Shown piece by piece: positions 19,780 to 30,036 of a stretch of 64,000 bases of DNA (positions are counted from its first letter, which is position 1; every line of letters begins with the position of its first letter). Under the pieces are notes generated by a model. It made no database searches. It was not told where the DNA came from and saw only the letters and a program-made list of their open reading frames with translations. The position numbers were made by a program, and so were the translations under genes. The stretch is from Alkalispirochaeta sp. (lineage in GTDB: Bacteria; Spirochaetota; Spirochaetia; DSM-27196; Alkalispirochaetaceae). The DNA lies in assembly GCA_965601925.1 (NCBI GenBank), contig OZ271854.1, positions 224,001-288,000 on the forward strand. The letters run 5' to 3'.

Positions 19780-21195
19780 CTATACCAATATCGTCGCCGG
19801 TACCTCGACGAGCGTGACGAAGCGCTGTAGAAAAATCGCTCCTTGGGCACCGTCGATCAGGCGATGGTCGATGGTGAGGCTGAAATCCATCACCGAACGC
19901 ATGGCGATTTCGCCGTCGTCGCGCCGTTCCAGCTCCTCCCTGATCGTGCCGACGCCGAGGATTGCCGCCTCCGGCGGGTTGATCATGGGCGTAAAGGTGG
20001 TGATACCGTACATGCCGAGGTTCGAGACGCTGAAGGTGCCGCCCTGCATGTCCGCGACCTCCAATTTGCGCTCCCGGGCGCGGCGCCCCAACTCACGGGC
20101 GCGTTCGGAAATCCGGGAGAGCGTCATGTCCGCGGCGTGGTGAATGACCGGTACGACGAGTCCCTGCTCCAAAGCGACCGCCATACCGATATTCACCGCA
20201 CCGTGGTACACGACCTCGTCGTCGTCCAAACTCACGCGCATCCACGGGCACGCGGCGACCGCCTTGGCGGCGGCGAGGAGTATGAAGTCGTTGATCGAGA
20301 ACCTCGAGCGCCCCGCATCAACGCCGTTCAGCTCCTTCCGCAAGCGCAGCAGCGCATCGACGCGAGCGATACCGTTGAGCGTCACCGGCGGGATCGTGAG
20401 GTGGCTTTCAGACATGCGTTGCGCGATTACTCGACGCATCCCGGTAAGAGCGACGCGCTCGTCGCCCGGGAGTTCGACGGACGGCGCAGCGGCAGCCGGC
20501 GGGGACGGAGCGGCGGTGGTCGAGCGCGCCAGAACGGACCCCTGCTCCACAACGTCCCGACGTAGGATGCGCCCACCGGGACCGCTTCCCCGGACCGCGG
20601 TAAGATCGATACCGGCTTGGTCGGCCTCGGTGCGTGCCAAGGGAGTCGCGGGGGAGCTTCGACGTTCGACGGCCTCGATATCGACAAGGCGTACCTCGCC
20701 GGCGGGGCCGCTCGGCATGACGCCGGCGATGTCGACGGCCAGCTCCGCGGCACGACGGCGTGCGGCCGGCGTCGCCTTGGTTCGGCCCTCGACGCTCTCG
20801 GCAAGCGACTCCGTACCGGTTGTCGCGGCGTCGGCCGCCGCTCTTGCGCGCTCGGAAGTCGGAATGACCGTCGTGCGCGCCGTGGTCTCGACCGCCGGAG
20901 TATCGACCGGCGACGCGGGAGAGGGGCCTGCCGCGGCCGCCTCGGGCGCGTTCTCACCCTCCGTGCCGATCCACCCGATTGTGTGAGTTACGGGCACTAC
21001 GTCGCCGGCGTCGTGAAGGATGCCGAGAAGATATCCCGCCGTTTCGGCCTCCACCGGCATCGCTACCTTGTCGGTTTCGATCTCTAAAATCTCATCGCCG
21101 ACCTCGATACGATCGCCGACCTCGACCTTCCACTCGATAATCGTGCCCGTCTCCATAGCCATGCCGGCCTTGGGCATAATGATCTCTGTCGCCAC
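19780..21195 (-). CDS. acoC: Dihydrolipoamide acyltransferase E2 (AcoC-like)
   Basis: Lipoyl domain ETDKV, two peripheral-subunit-binding domains, GGTFSVSNLG, DHRLIDG; GTG 21195 with SD GAGGGAGG. Confidence 0.85.
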   Translation of the reverse strand: MATEIIMPKAGMAMETGTIIEWKVEVGDRIEVGDEILEIETDKVAMPVEAETAGYLLGILHDAGDVVPVTHTIGWIGTEGENAPEAAAAGPSPASPVDTPAVETTARTTVIPTSERARAAADAATTGTESLAESVEGRTKATPAARRRAAELAVDIAGVMPSGPAGEVRLVDIEAVERRSSPATPLARTEADQAGIDLTAVRGSGPGGRILRRDVVEQGSVLARSTTAAPSPPAAAAPSVELPGDERVALTGMRRVIAQRMSESHLTIPPVTLNGIARVDALLRLRKELNGVDAGRSRFSINDFILLAAAKAVAACPWMRVSLDDDEVVYHGAVNIGMAVALEQGLVVPVIHHAADMTLSRISERARELGRRARERKLEVADMQGGTFSVSNLGMYGITTFTPMINPPEAAILGVGTIREELERRDDGEIAMRSVMDFSLTIDHRLIDGAQGAIFLQRFVTLVEVPATILV

Positions 21196-21211
21196 GGGTA
21201 CCTCCCTCGTC

Positions 21212-22192
21212 TCAGCCGAGAAGCGCTCGGACCGCCGATGCGATCGTCTCGTGGGTCGGCACGACATTGGCTTCCAGGACCGGGTTATAGGGGATCGGGA
21301 CGTCGAGGCCGCCCAGGCGTTTGATCGGCGCATCGAGAAAGTAAAACGCGTCGCTGTCGGCGATGCGCGCCGCGATCTCGCCGCCGTAGCCGCCGGTCTG
21401 CACCGCCTCGTGGACGATGAGCACGCGACCGGTCTTCTTGGCGCTTGCAATGATCGGCGCGTCGTCCAGGGGCATGAGGGTGCGCGGATCGACGATCTCC
21501 AGCTCAATCCCCTCTTTTGCGAGCTCAATCGCCACTTCCAGGCAACGGTTGACCATACGTCCCCATGTGACGACCGTGATGTGACGCCCCTCCCTCTTGA
21601 TGTCGGAGGCGGAGAGGGGAACTGTGTACTCTTCCTCCGGCACCTCACCCTTGACGCGATAGAGGAGCTTCTGTTCCAGGAAAACGACCGGATTGTCGTC
21701 GGCGATCGCGCTCTTGAGAAGCCCTTTGGCGTCGTAAGGGGTCGACGGCGTCACGACCTTGAGTCCCGGGACGTGGGTATACCACGCCTCCATGCTGGAG
21801 GAGTGCTGCGCCGCGGCGCCCGTTCCGCTTCCGGCGGGAGCACGGACGACCATCGGCACCTGCGCCTTGCCGCCGAACATATAGCGCATCTTCGCCGCTT
21901 GATTGACCAACTGGTCCATCCCGATGGTGATGAAGTCGCTGAACTGAATCTCCGCGATCGGACGCATACCCGTCACCGCGGCGCCGGCTGCGGCGCCGAC
22001 GATAACCGCCTCCGAGATCGGTGTATCTCGGATGCGCTCCTCGCCGAACTCGTCGATCATGCCGACCGACACGCCGAACGCACCGCCGTACACGCCGATG
22101 TCCTCGCCCATGAGGAAGACATCGTCGCTCTTGCGCATCTCCTCGCTCATCGCTTCGCGGATCGCTTCCGCGTAGGTTATTTCTCGCATCAT
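21212..22192 (-). CDS. acoB: TPP-dependent dehydrogenase E1 beta subunit (AcoB-like)
   Basis: [33 protein letters not shown]. Confidence 0.87.
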   Translation of the reverse strand: MMREITYAEAIREAMSEEMRKSDDVFLMGEDIGVYGGAFGVSVGMIDEFGEERIRDTPISEAVIVGAAAGAAVTGMRPIAEIQFSDFITIGMDQLVNQAAKMRYMFGGKAQVPMVVRAPAGSGTGAAAQHSSSMEAWYTHVPGLKVVTPSTPYDAKGLLKSAIADDNPVVFLEQKLLYRVKGEVPEEEYTVPLSASDIKREGRHITVVTWGRMVNRCLEVAIELAKEGIELEIVDPRTLMPLDDAPIIASAKKTGRVLIVHEAVQTGGYGGEIAARIADSDAFYFLDAPIKRLGGLDVPIPYNPVLEANVVPTHETIASAVRALLG

Positions 22193-22199
22193 CGACTCC

Positions 22200-23219
22200 T
22201 TACGCGTACACGTCGTTGAGAATGTCGGAGAGGTCCGGTGCTTCCGAAGAGTCGGCGAAACGCACCGCCGCCTCGATGTCTTCCCGAGCCTGCGCCTCGA
22301 TCTCCTCGAGTTCTTTTTCATTCGCCGCGCGACGCTCGAGCATCGCGTCGTGCAAAATCCGGATCGGATCGCGTTCGCGCCACTCGCTGATCTCTTCCTT
22401 CGTACGATAACGGTTGGCGTCGCTCTTGGAGTGCCCCATGTAGCGATACGTCTCGCTCACGATCAGACTCGGACCGTTCGTTCTCACGTACTCGACCGCC
22501 TCGACCATGGCGTCGTACACCTCAAAGACGTTCTGACCGTCGATCGTCTTCCCCGGTATGCCGTACGCCTTCGCGCGGTCGGACAGATCGTCGATCTTGA
22601 TACTCTTGTGACGACTCATCGACATACCGTACTGGTTGTCCTCGCACACGAAGACGATCGGAAGATCCCACACCGAGGCGAGGTTGACCGACTCGTGAAA
22701 GCTCCCCTCGTTAATCGCGCCGTCTCCGAAAAAGCTCACGACTACTCGATCCTGCTTACGCATCTTGACCGTGAGAGCCGCTCCCACCGCGATGGGAATA
22801 CCGCCGCCGACGATACCGTTGGCCCCCAAATTGCCGCGCGTCAAGTCGGCGATGTGCATCGATCCGCCCTTGCCTTTACAGTAACCGTTCGCTTTTCCGA
22901 GGAGCTCCGCCATCATACGATTCAGGTCGATTCCCTTGGCGATCGTATGCCCGTGACCGCGGTGTGTGCTGGTAATGAGATCCTCGTTGGTCAACGGCGC
23001 GATGGAGCCCACCGCGGTGGCCTCCTCTCCGATGTAGAGATGGGTCGTACCGTGGATCATCCCACGAGAAAAGAAATACGCCACCTTCTCCTCGAAGGCG
23101 CGAATTTGATTCATCCGGGAGTACATACCTTTGAGCTCGTCGGCGCCGAGGGCGTCCGACGGTCGTTTTTTCGTAGTGCGGGTCTTTGTCGCTGTCTTTC
23201 CTGCCACCTTCGCCTCCAT
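22200..23219 (-). CDS. acoA: TPP-dependent dehydrogenase E1 alpha subunit (AcoA-like)
   Basis: [26 protein letters not shown] motif GDGA...EDNQY, YRYMGHS. Confidence 0.87.
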   Translation of the reverse strand: MEAKVAGKTATKTRTTKKRPSDALGADELKGMYSRMNQIRAFEEKVAYFFSRGMIHGTTHLYIGEEATAVGSIAPLTNEDLITSTHRGHGHTIAKGIDLNRMMAELLGKANGYCKGKGGSMHIADLTRGNLGANGIVGGGIPIAVGAALTVKMRKQDRVVVSFFGDGAINEGSFHESVNLASVWDLPIVFVCEDNQYGMSMSRHKSIKIDDLSDRAKAYGIPGKTIDGQNVFEVYDAMVEAVEYVRTNGPSLIVSETYRYMGHSKSDANRYRTKEEISEWRERDPIRILHDAMLERRAANEKELEEIEAQAREDIEAAVRFADSSEAPDLSDILNDVYA

Positions 23220-23273
23220 CTTCGGCCGCGTCGACTACGTCGGAGTACTATCCGAGCCGTGCGCACGCGGAAT

Positions 23274-23304
23274 GAAAATTATTCCAACATTTGGAAAATA
23301 TTTC
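23274..23304. promoter_or_regulatory. Palindromic operator candidate between acoA and the SorC-family regulator
   Basis: GAAAATTA-TTCCAA-CAT-TTGGAA-AATATTTC in an AT-rich divergent intergenic region. Confidence 0.5.
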
Positions 23305-23359
23305 TGTCTCAGACTACTATTTATTCACACGGCGGGTCAAGGCATAATAGACGCACACT

Positions 23360-24301
23360 ATGAGCCGAGAACACGCACAACTACAGAAGATAGCTCGTTT
23401 ATATTACATCGAGGATCTCAATCAACGCCAAATAGCGGACAAACTGAACATTAGTATGGCGAGTGTCTCACGTAGCCTCGCCCGGGCGAAGGAGACGGGA
23501 ATCGTGACGATTTCGATCTCCGACACGCCCGACAGCTTTCACGAGCTGGAGGTCGCGATCGAGCGCCGTTACGGAATCAAAGAGTGCGTGGTGACGCCCT
23601 CGGCCGAGAAGACCGAAAACACCTATCGCGCCTTTGCGTCGGCGGTCGCCGAGCTCCTTCCACGAGTGATGTCGCGTCGAGGCCTAATCGGCGTGAGCTG
23701 GGGAGAGACGCTCAAGGCGCTCGGAGAGGAGATTCGGAGCGTCGAATCGTTGCATTGCGACGTAGTGCCGGTTATCGGAGCCATGGGTACGATAGAGACG
23801 GGCATATACCCCAACAGTATTGCACGCACCTTTGCCGATCGGACCGGTGGCGACGCCTACCTTATCAACGCTCCGGCGGTGCTCGACTCCGAGGAGACGG
23901 CCGAGCGATTGGTACGCGACAGCACCTTTGAACAGGTTCGCTCCTCGTGGCAACGCCTCGATCTGGCGATTCTCGGAGCAAGTACGCTGGGAAAGGAGAC
24001 GAGCGTGCACAAGAGCGGCATCTTCTCAGTCGCGGAGTTGGAATCGCTCCGCGCGGCCGGCGCCGTCGCCGCGACGAACTTTCTCTTTCTCTCCGCCGAG
24101 GGAGCGGTATTGGACCACCCCTTGAGCAGGCGGATCGTCTGCCTACCGGAGTCGCTCATGCGACGCATTCCCAACGTTATCGTCGCCGCCGGCGGTCCCG
24201 GCAAGGCGCCGGCGATCGCCGCAACGCTCAAGAGCGGATTGGCCCATATTCTCGTCACCGACGCAACGACCGCCGCGGAGCTGGTAGAGGTGCATCCGTA
24301 A
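23360..24301 (+). CDS. SorC/DeoR-type sugar-binding transcriptional regulator
   Basis: IARLYY..DLNQRQIA..SVSR.L HTH; IGVSWGETL; LVTD C-terminus. Confidence 0.9.
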   Translation: MSREHAQLQKIARLYYIEDLNQRQIADKLNISMASVSRSLARAKETGIVTISISDTPDSFHELEVAIERRYGIKECVVTPSAEKTENTYRAFASAVAELLPRVMSRRGLIGVSWGETLKALGEEIRSVESLHCDVVPVIGAMGTIETGIYPNSIARTFADRTGGDAYLINAPAVLDSEETAERLVRDSTFEQVRSSWQRLDLAILGASTLGKETSVHKSGIFSVAELESLRAAGAVAATNFLFLSAEGAVLDHPLSRRIVCLPESLMRRIPNVIVAAGGPGKAPAIAATLKSGLAHILVTDATTAAELVEVHP

Positions 24302-24346
24302 CGATGGAGTTCCGATGCGGCGGGTTGCATCGCAACGCAACGACAC

Positions 24347-25369
24347 TCACGGGTGCGCGTCGACCGTCGACGCCGTCCCCGCCGAACGTCGCACGGACTC
24401 CGGCGTTGATCCGGTCCAGGTACTAAAGGCGCGAAAGAACGAGTTGGAATCGTCGAATCCCAAGAGAAATGAGATTTCAGAAGCGGTCAACCGGGAGCTC
24501 GTCAGGTAGTGCAGCGCGAGATCGGTGCGCGTCCTCCTGAGCACCTCGTGAAATGTCGTGCCTTCGCTATGTAGACGCCGCTGGAGAGTTCTCTTGCTCA
24601 TTATGAGCTTCTCGGAGATCGATTCCATCGAGGTACGCCCGCTCGGGAGAAACTCCAGGAGGACCGAGCCGACGCGCTCGGCTACGGTCGCCTTCTCATC
24701 CAAGTCGGCGAGGCGTCGCTTCAGATCGGGGGCAAATGCCTCCCACATGCGCTCGTTGGCCGTCAAAAAAGGCATCACTGCGTCATGGAGAGAGAAACTG
24801 ACGGAGTGTTCGTCCGCGCGCGTGACCCTGACACCGAAGAATCGCTCGTACTCGGCCGCAGGCTCCGGCGGCTCGCTCGTCGTCACGCGCACCGGTCGAA
24901 TCATCTCGCGTGTCGCGATTCGTCCGAGGGCGACGAAAAAGATAAGCTCCGCGGCGACGAGTGAGGCCGGGGGCGGGAGGACCGTCTCGAGCCAGCGGAA
25001 GGTGAGCGTAACATTCCCGTCGGCCTCGCGAACGTCCAGAGCGATCGGCGCAATGAGCGGCTTGTAACGGCTGATACGCATCGCAGCCGTCCTAAGATTC
25101 GGGCTACAGAGTCCCGCAAACAGCGGCGGCGAGAAGGTCTCCACCGTCAACGCCTCACCGAGACGGATGGGGAACAACGGATCGCCGATTTTCGCCTCCA
25201 CACTTCGCCACAAGCGAAAGTACTCCTCACTACCAAGACGTACGTCTTGGCGGGCAAACAGATCATCGGGTAGTCCCGCCTGCCGCAACGCATCGGCCGG
25301 ATTCACCCCGAGATCGCGTAGGAGGGGCCGCCAATTGACGGCTATCGCGTATCCACCGCTTCGCTTCAT
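24347..25369 (-). CDS. AraC family transcriptional regulator
   Basis: C-terminal MSKRTLQRRL...EISFLLGFDDSNSFFRAF..WTG.TP; SD GAGGTG. Confidence 0.92.
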   Translation of the reverse strand: MKRSGGYAIAVNWRPLLRDLGVNPADALRQAGLPDDLFARQDVRLGSEEYFRLWRSVEAKIGDPLFPIRLGEALTVETFSPPLFAGLCSPNLRTAAMRISRYKPLIAPIALDVREADGNVTLTFRWLETVLPPPASLVAAELIFFVALGRIATREMIRPVRVTTSEPPEPAAEYERFFGVRVTRADEHSVSFSLHDAVMPFLTANERMWEAFAPDLKRRLADLDEKATVAERVGSVLLEFLPSGRTSMESISEKLIMSKRTLQRRLHSEGTTFHEVLRRTRTDLALHYLTSSRLTASEISFLLGFDDSNSFFRAFSTWTGSTPESVRRSAGTASTVDAHP

Positions 25370-25757
25370 ATCGTCACCTCGTCAGTATATCTCATCGCAC
25401 TGCAAACGTGTTCCGCCTTGATACCGGCGGCAAAGGCGTCGTCGCCGTGGGTCGTACGCTCCTCGCCGCCCCACTCGGCACCGGTACCGACGGGATGCCG
25501 CCGCCCATCGTATCGAAGGGAGTCGCGTGAAGCGTACGGCGCGCGCCATGAGAACGAGAATAGCGAGGCGAGCGTCGCGCGGAACGGACAAAAGACGCCG
25601 CCGTACTAACAAAAAGCGCCGTTCGACATGGTGCGAATGCGGAAGCGCGTCGGATCGCCGAGCAACGCCGGAGTATGCGGAGGTCTACCGAGTAGGAACC
25701 TCAGGACCGGGACGTCGAAGGTCCACATGCGTTCGGCATCGTTATACTATACAGACG

Positions 25758-26081
25758 ATGAAACGCCCCGCTCCCCATAACCGGATCTTGGACCTTCTGC
25801 GCGTGATTCCGGCCGTCGACTGTCAGAATCGCCTGATGCGCGTCGCCGACAAGGATCTTTCCCTCTCCCTCTTGTACATGAGTGACGAGCAGCGGGACAG
25901 AATCCTTACATTCGTTGGGGCGGCCAAGGCCCGACGTGTCCTTGCGGAACTTGATCGCCATCGGCACACGCGAATCCTCTACGCCCAGTACGAGGTGGCC
26001 GCGGGAGTGGTGGCCAAGGTTCTCCAAGGCGGCTCCGCCCGCTCGCCGCGCAGCTACTATCGCCCGGTAGGAAAACGGTGA
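25758..26081 (+). CDS. Stand-alone FliG C-terminal-domain-like small protein
   Basis: Pattern Q..L.RV.DKDLSLSL..MSDEQRDRIL..V...KARRV..EL resembles FliG_C. Confidence 0.55.
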   Translation: MKRPAPHNRILDLLRVIPAVDCQNRLMRVADKDLSLSLLYMSDEQRDRILTFVGAAKARRVLAELDRHRHTRILYAQYEVAAGVVAKVLQGGSARSPRSYYRPVGKR

Positions 26082-26138
26082 GCGTGTATCGGCCGACGAC
26101 ACCGATGGGCGCGGATTGCCGGCACCGCGAGGGGCCGA

Positions 26139-26360
26139 CTACATGCGGTCGGCCACGCTCAACAAACGTACGCGGCAGATCACACCGCTTCCGAAAAAAG
26201 AGAGTCCGGCGTTGAGGACCGTTAATCCCCCGGTCCCGATCCAAAACCACGGGAGTCCCGAGCCTCTGCGGATGATCGCCTCGCCGACGACGGCAACGCC
26301 CGCGCCCACGAGGACGAGCCCGGTGATGCAAAACAGGAGCCACCGGGTGCGCAGATTCAC
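26139..26360 (-). CDS. Small two-TM membrane protein
   Basis: GTG right after the upstream stop; two hydrophobic Gly-rich helices. Confidence 0.55.
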   Translation of the reverse strand: MNLRTRWLLFCITGLVLVGAGVAVVGEAIIRRGSGLPWFWIGTGGLTVLNAGLSFFGSGVICRVRLLSVADRM

Positions 26361-26362
26361 CG

Positions 26363-26962
26363 TTACTGCCCCATTAGGCTCTCGAGGGAACCGGTGAACT
26401 CGACGGTCGACACGACCTGAGCGAGTTGTTCGTGCCGCGATACGAGATCCTCGCGAAATCCAAGGGCGACGCCGAAAACGATCACATTCTCCTGCTCGTG
26501 CGTCACGAACACGATCCCCGAGACCTCGTGGGAAACATTGTCGAAAAGAATCGAAGGAACCTCTCGCCCGCCGAACTGGTGCGTCATCCGCTCCCTGTTC
26601 TGCAGGTCGGCGTCCTCGGCCATCATATTCTCGAATATCCCGTCCACGATGGCGCCCTGATCGTCGACGGAGATTCCCATCATCGAGAGGAGCATCGTCG
26701 GTAGAATACCGAAGGTTAACATCGCGTCCCCCGGTTGCACATCCGGAGCCTCGCGATTCAAGTCGCCGAGAAGCGCTTCGCGGTTGACCACCCAGATCGA
26801 ATCGCTCCCGTTGGCGACGTACCATCCGTCGGGATAGTAAAAAGCGATCTCGAACTCCTCGTCGACATGGTCGGTATAGCCGGCCGGCCGGCTACCGAGT
26901 TGCCCGTGTGCCGCCGCGACCGCGACGGTGAAGACGATTGTATACAGAATGATTTGTCTCAT
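26363..26962 (-). CDS. Exported hypothetical protein
   Basis: Signal peptide MRQIILYTIVFTVAVAAAHG; acidic mature region; clear promoter. Confidence 0.75.
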   Translation of the reverse strand: MRQIILYTIVFTVAVAAAHGQLGSRPAGYTDHVDEEFEIAFYYPDGWYVANGSDSIWVVNREALLGDLNREAPDVQPGDAMLTFGILPTMLLSMMGISVDDQGAIVDGIFENMMAEDADLQNRERMTHQFGGREVPSILFDNVSHEVSGIVFVTHEQENVIVFGVALGFREDLVSRHEQLAQVVSTVEFTGSLESLMGQ

Positions 26963-26996
26963 ACCGTAGGCTACGGTATGCCATATCTACTGTCAA
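26960..26996 (-). promoter_or_regulatory. Leaderless sigma70 promoter overlapped by a perfect 10-bp-arm palindrome
   Basis: TTGACA-17-TAGCCT-5-ATG; CATACCGTAG-G-CTACGGTATG at 26960-26980. Confidence 0.6.
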
Positions 26997-27103
26997 CGCG
27001 TTCTCTCATGCGACACGCAACGGCGCAGCGCAGGCGATCCTCCCCGAGTCGAATAACGGCGTAGTTGAAACGCAGCCTGAAGTTGAGTAATTTTGTAAAT
27101 GAT

Positions 27104-27571
27104 ATGGTAGTAACAAAAGACAAGTACATCACGATCGAGTATGAGTTTTCCGCACCCGACGGAACGCTTCTCGGTAGCAGCGAATACAGTGGGCCCTTCA
27201 CATTCAAGCAGGGATACGGGGATGTCGTGCCCGGACTCGACACCAGGGTAGAGGGCGCACGCATAGGCGACGAGCTCTCGTTCGTTATCCCTCCCGAGGA
27301 GGGCTACGGCGTCCGCGACGAGGCGCAGGTCAAGCGTCTGCCGAAAGACGCGCTTCCCTTGGGACGCGAGCCGGAGCCGGGTTTGCGCGTCAACATCAAC
27401 GGAACGATCATGATCATAAGCGAGGTCACCTCGACCGAGTTGGTGCTCGACGGCAACCACCCGCTTGCGAGCGTACCGCTCGACTTCACAGTTAGGGTCA
27501 CCGCCATCAGCGATGAAGCGCCCGAACCCGTGGGCGGATGCGGATGCGGCGGCACGTGTAGCTGTAACTGA
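27104..27571 (+). CDS. slyD: FKBP-type peptidyl-prolyl isomerase SlyD-like
   Basis: IPPEEGYG, LDGNHPLA, LDFTVRV; short Cys-rich tail GGCGCGGTCSCN. Confidence 0.88.
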   Translation: MVVTKDKYITIEYEFSAPDGTLLGSSEYSGPFTFKQGYGDVVPGLDTRVEGARIGDELSFVIPPEEGYGVRDEAQVKRLPKDALPLGREPEPGLRVNINGTIMIISEVTSTELVLDGNHPLASVPLDFTVRVTAISDEAPEPVGGCGCGGTCSCN

Positions 27572-27710
27572 TCGGTACCATCGTTGTTATCGTCCTCAGG
27601 GAGTACTACAATGCTCGTTGGGGGCGATACATATAAAAAATGTTTACGTAAGAGAAATCGAAGAAAAACCCGAGTACATGACATTATTCTTGCTTTCTTG
27701 AAAAAAGACC

Positions 27711-27739
27711 TTGCCAGGAGGATGCGAGACTACTAAGAT
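27711..27739 (+). promoter_or_regulatory. Sigma70-type promoter with A-rich upstream element
   Basis: TTGCCA-17-TAAGAT preceded by A-tracts. Confidence 0.5.
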
Positions 27740-27786
27740 TACGGTATGTAAAGATTATTGGAGATAGTATCTGAGGTTTTTTTCGA

Positions 27787-28161
27787 ATGTTGATTTCTGA
27801 TTCCGGCTTCGGCGATACGTTATGGCTTCCGGAACCATCCGAAACCAGCGAAGAGCAGCGTTACATCGTCGCAAACCACTTACGAATTCTTAAAGATCTC
27901 CTGGCTAGCGCGCACCGCGGCCGGTGTAAGGGAGCAAAAGTCGCTGAGGCGGCCACCGCGATACTGAAGCGAGTCGAGGAGTACATCTCGACGCAACGGG
28001 AAGAATATCCGTCGTCGTGGGTCGTTCGGTTCGATGCGGAGGCGTCCATTGACGATATCTTAACGACGGTTCGCTCTCTCTGGGGTAAAGCGGGACGAGA
28101 CCTCGAAAAGGATATCGTGGTAGTTACGACGAAGATAGATACACTTCTCGGTGCCATGTAG
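27787..28161 (+). CDS. Hypothetical protein, lower GC than neighbours
   Basis: 124-aa helical-looking ORF behind a promoter and GAGG SD. Confidence 0.6.
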   Translation: MLISDSGFGDTLWLPEPSETSEEQRYIVANHLRILKDLLASAHRGRCKGAKVAEAATAILKRVEEYISTQREEYPSSWVVRFDAEASIDDILTTVRSLWGKAGRDLEKDIVVVTTKIDTLLGAM

Positions 28162-28250
28162 CGATTCTTTTTTCCTTTGTCTTGACACCGACCGATCGTC
28201 GACACTATCGATACCGAGGCCGAACTGGACACCGTTATCGCGGCGTTCGG

Positions 28251-29975
28251 CTACGTCTTTTCGTTCCGTTGCCACCGCCGGTCACGAACAATGCCGTCGA
28301 CGCCGGCGCGAATCGACTGGGCGGCGGCGTTGTAGGTGGCGCTGATCGATACACCGAGCCCGGCGTTCACTACGTCGTGTACCACGTGGGTCGTCAGTTT
28401 CACGTACGCCGACCGGTGCACGGCGCCCGCCTCGTCGCGCAACAGGAGTGCCGACAGTCCGAAGCGCGCGTTGAGCGCCGAGATTTTGCGTGTAATGCTG
28501 GGAAACAGCGTTCTGACCACCTGAAAAAAGAGGCGATGATACTCCTCGTCGCGACTGAGTACCCGCAGGATCTGGCGATATCGATCGCGTTGCACTCCCC
28601 CGCGCGCTTTGCGGCGCGTCGGGATAAGTCTGCGGATGAGCTCGCGAGCCTCATCGTCGTCGAACTCCTTATCGGTGGCGATCAGAAACAACGTGGTAGC
28701 GGCGGCGTTACGGGCGAACAGAGACAGACGCCCTCCCCCGTGGGACGCCGCCTCCGCCCCGATAAGGCTCAGCACTCTCGGGACCGCGCCTCTCACGATA
28801 CGGTGATGGTCGAGGCTCAGACGCTGGAGAAACCCGCGAGAGCTGCCGGCCACCGCCTCGATCGCATCGTCGAGAATACGCAGCACCCGCACCAACTCGT
28901 TGAAGAGTTCGTCCGAGGCAAGCTCGGCGACGACGCGGCGCAGCGCCGTTTCCTGAGCGGCGGAGAGAACCTCGAGGTCGCCGGAGCGATCGAGCCGATC
29001 CCACAGCTCCTTTACGCGTTCTCGAGCGCTCGTACGGATTACGCCGGCGAGAAACGCATCCAGTTCCCGGACGTACAACTCCGCCTCGTCGATGTCGCTG
29101 GTGTGCGTCAGGTAGTAAACGATCAGATCCAGACTCTTTTTTCCCGCCGGGACCGAGGCGACGACGGATCGAATCAGTTGGTCAAGCACCAGACCCAACG
29201 TTTCGCGGATCTTGGCGTAGATCGTTACCGACGGATCGATATCGGTTTGGAGCAGATCGAGCGCCGGGTCGGGAGGCACAAAGGCGATATCGCGGATCGC
29301 CTCGGCCTCGGCGTCGGTAATCTTGAGTTCGTCTCCGACGTATCGATTGTAATTCGCGACCACCGAGCGGGGATCGAAGCCGGACTCACCGGCCGGACGA
29401 TACCGATTGTGCCACACGAGGATCGGCATGGTGGAACGAATCTCGAAGATACTACGCAGATATCCGCCGGCCGACACGTGAGACGTCGGCTCCGCATTCG
29501 TCACCAGCAGAAGCGCTCCGATATACGGGAGAAAGTGCAGATTCTCTTCGGCGCTGATCCCGGCCGGCAAGTCGAAAATCAATACGTCGTATCGCTCGAC
29601 GAGTTGCTCGGCAAAGCGCGCAAAGAGACGAAATTTCTCCACCCCCCCGTCGTCCCGCGCGCCGGGATGTGGAAAGACGAGATCGATGTTTTCGCCGTAC
29701 GGCGCCACAAACCGCTCAAGGCTGCCGTGCTCCTCGGGGTCACGCAGAACACCGTCGAGCTTCTCCGGTGGTATGTCGAGAATTACCGCCACGTTGGATA
29801 AGGGATCAAGATCGACGAGAGCCGTCCGACACCCCTGCCGCGAGAGAAGGAGCGCTACGTTGAGCGCGGTTGTAGACTTTCCGACGCCGCCTTTTCCGGA
29901 GCCGACCGCCACGCTCCGAGCCCGTAGCGTCGGAACCAAATCGGACGCGACTATGGAACTCATTACGATACGCAT
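28251..29975 (-). CDS. MinD/FlhG/ParA-family ATPase with long helical C-terminal extension
   Basis: Deviant Walker A GKGGVGKST, LVDLD, YDVLIFDLPAG, VTNAEPTS; start 29975 or 29963. Confidence 0.8.
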   Translation of the reverse strand: MRIVMSSIVASDLVPTLRARSVAVGSGKGGVGKSTTALNVALLLSRQGCRTALVDLDPLSNVAVILDIPPEKLDGVLRDPEEHGSLERFVAPYGENIDLVFPHPGARDDGGVEKFRLFARFAEQLVERYDVLIFDLPAGISAEENLHFLPYIGALLLVTNAEPTSHVSAGGYLRSIFEIRSTMPILVWHNRYRPAGESGFDPRSVVANYNRYVGDELKITDAEAEAIRDIAFVPPDPALDLLQTDIDPSVTIYAKIRETLGLVLDQLIRSVVASVPAGKKSLDLIVYYLTHTSDIDEAELYVRELDAFLAGVIRTSARERVKELWDRLDRSGDLEVLSAAQETALRRVVAELASDELFNELVRVLRILDDAIEAVAGSSRGFLQRLSLDHHRIVRGAVPRVLSLIGAEAASHGGGRLSLFARNAAATTLFLIATDKEFDDDEARELIRRLIPTRRKARGGVQRDRYRQILRVLSRDEEYHRLFFQVVRTLFPSITRKISALNARFGLSALLLRDEAGAVHRSAYVKLTTHVVHDVVNAGLGVSISATYNAAAQSIRAGVDGIVRDRRWQRNEKT

Positions 29976-30036
29976 AGTATCGCAACGTCTCCCCTATTGC
30001 AAAAGCTCGGCGTGGTTATACAATCGCGATAGGACT

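Noticed and set aside
28182..29801. Long antisense ORFs (also 36680-38659, 36864-38486, 5098-6369, 21020-22219)
   Set aside because: Shadow frames of well-supported genes in high-GC DNA; no recognisable motifs
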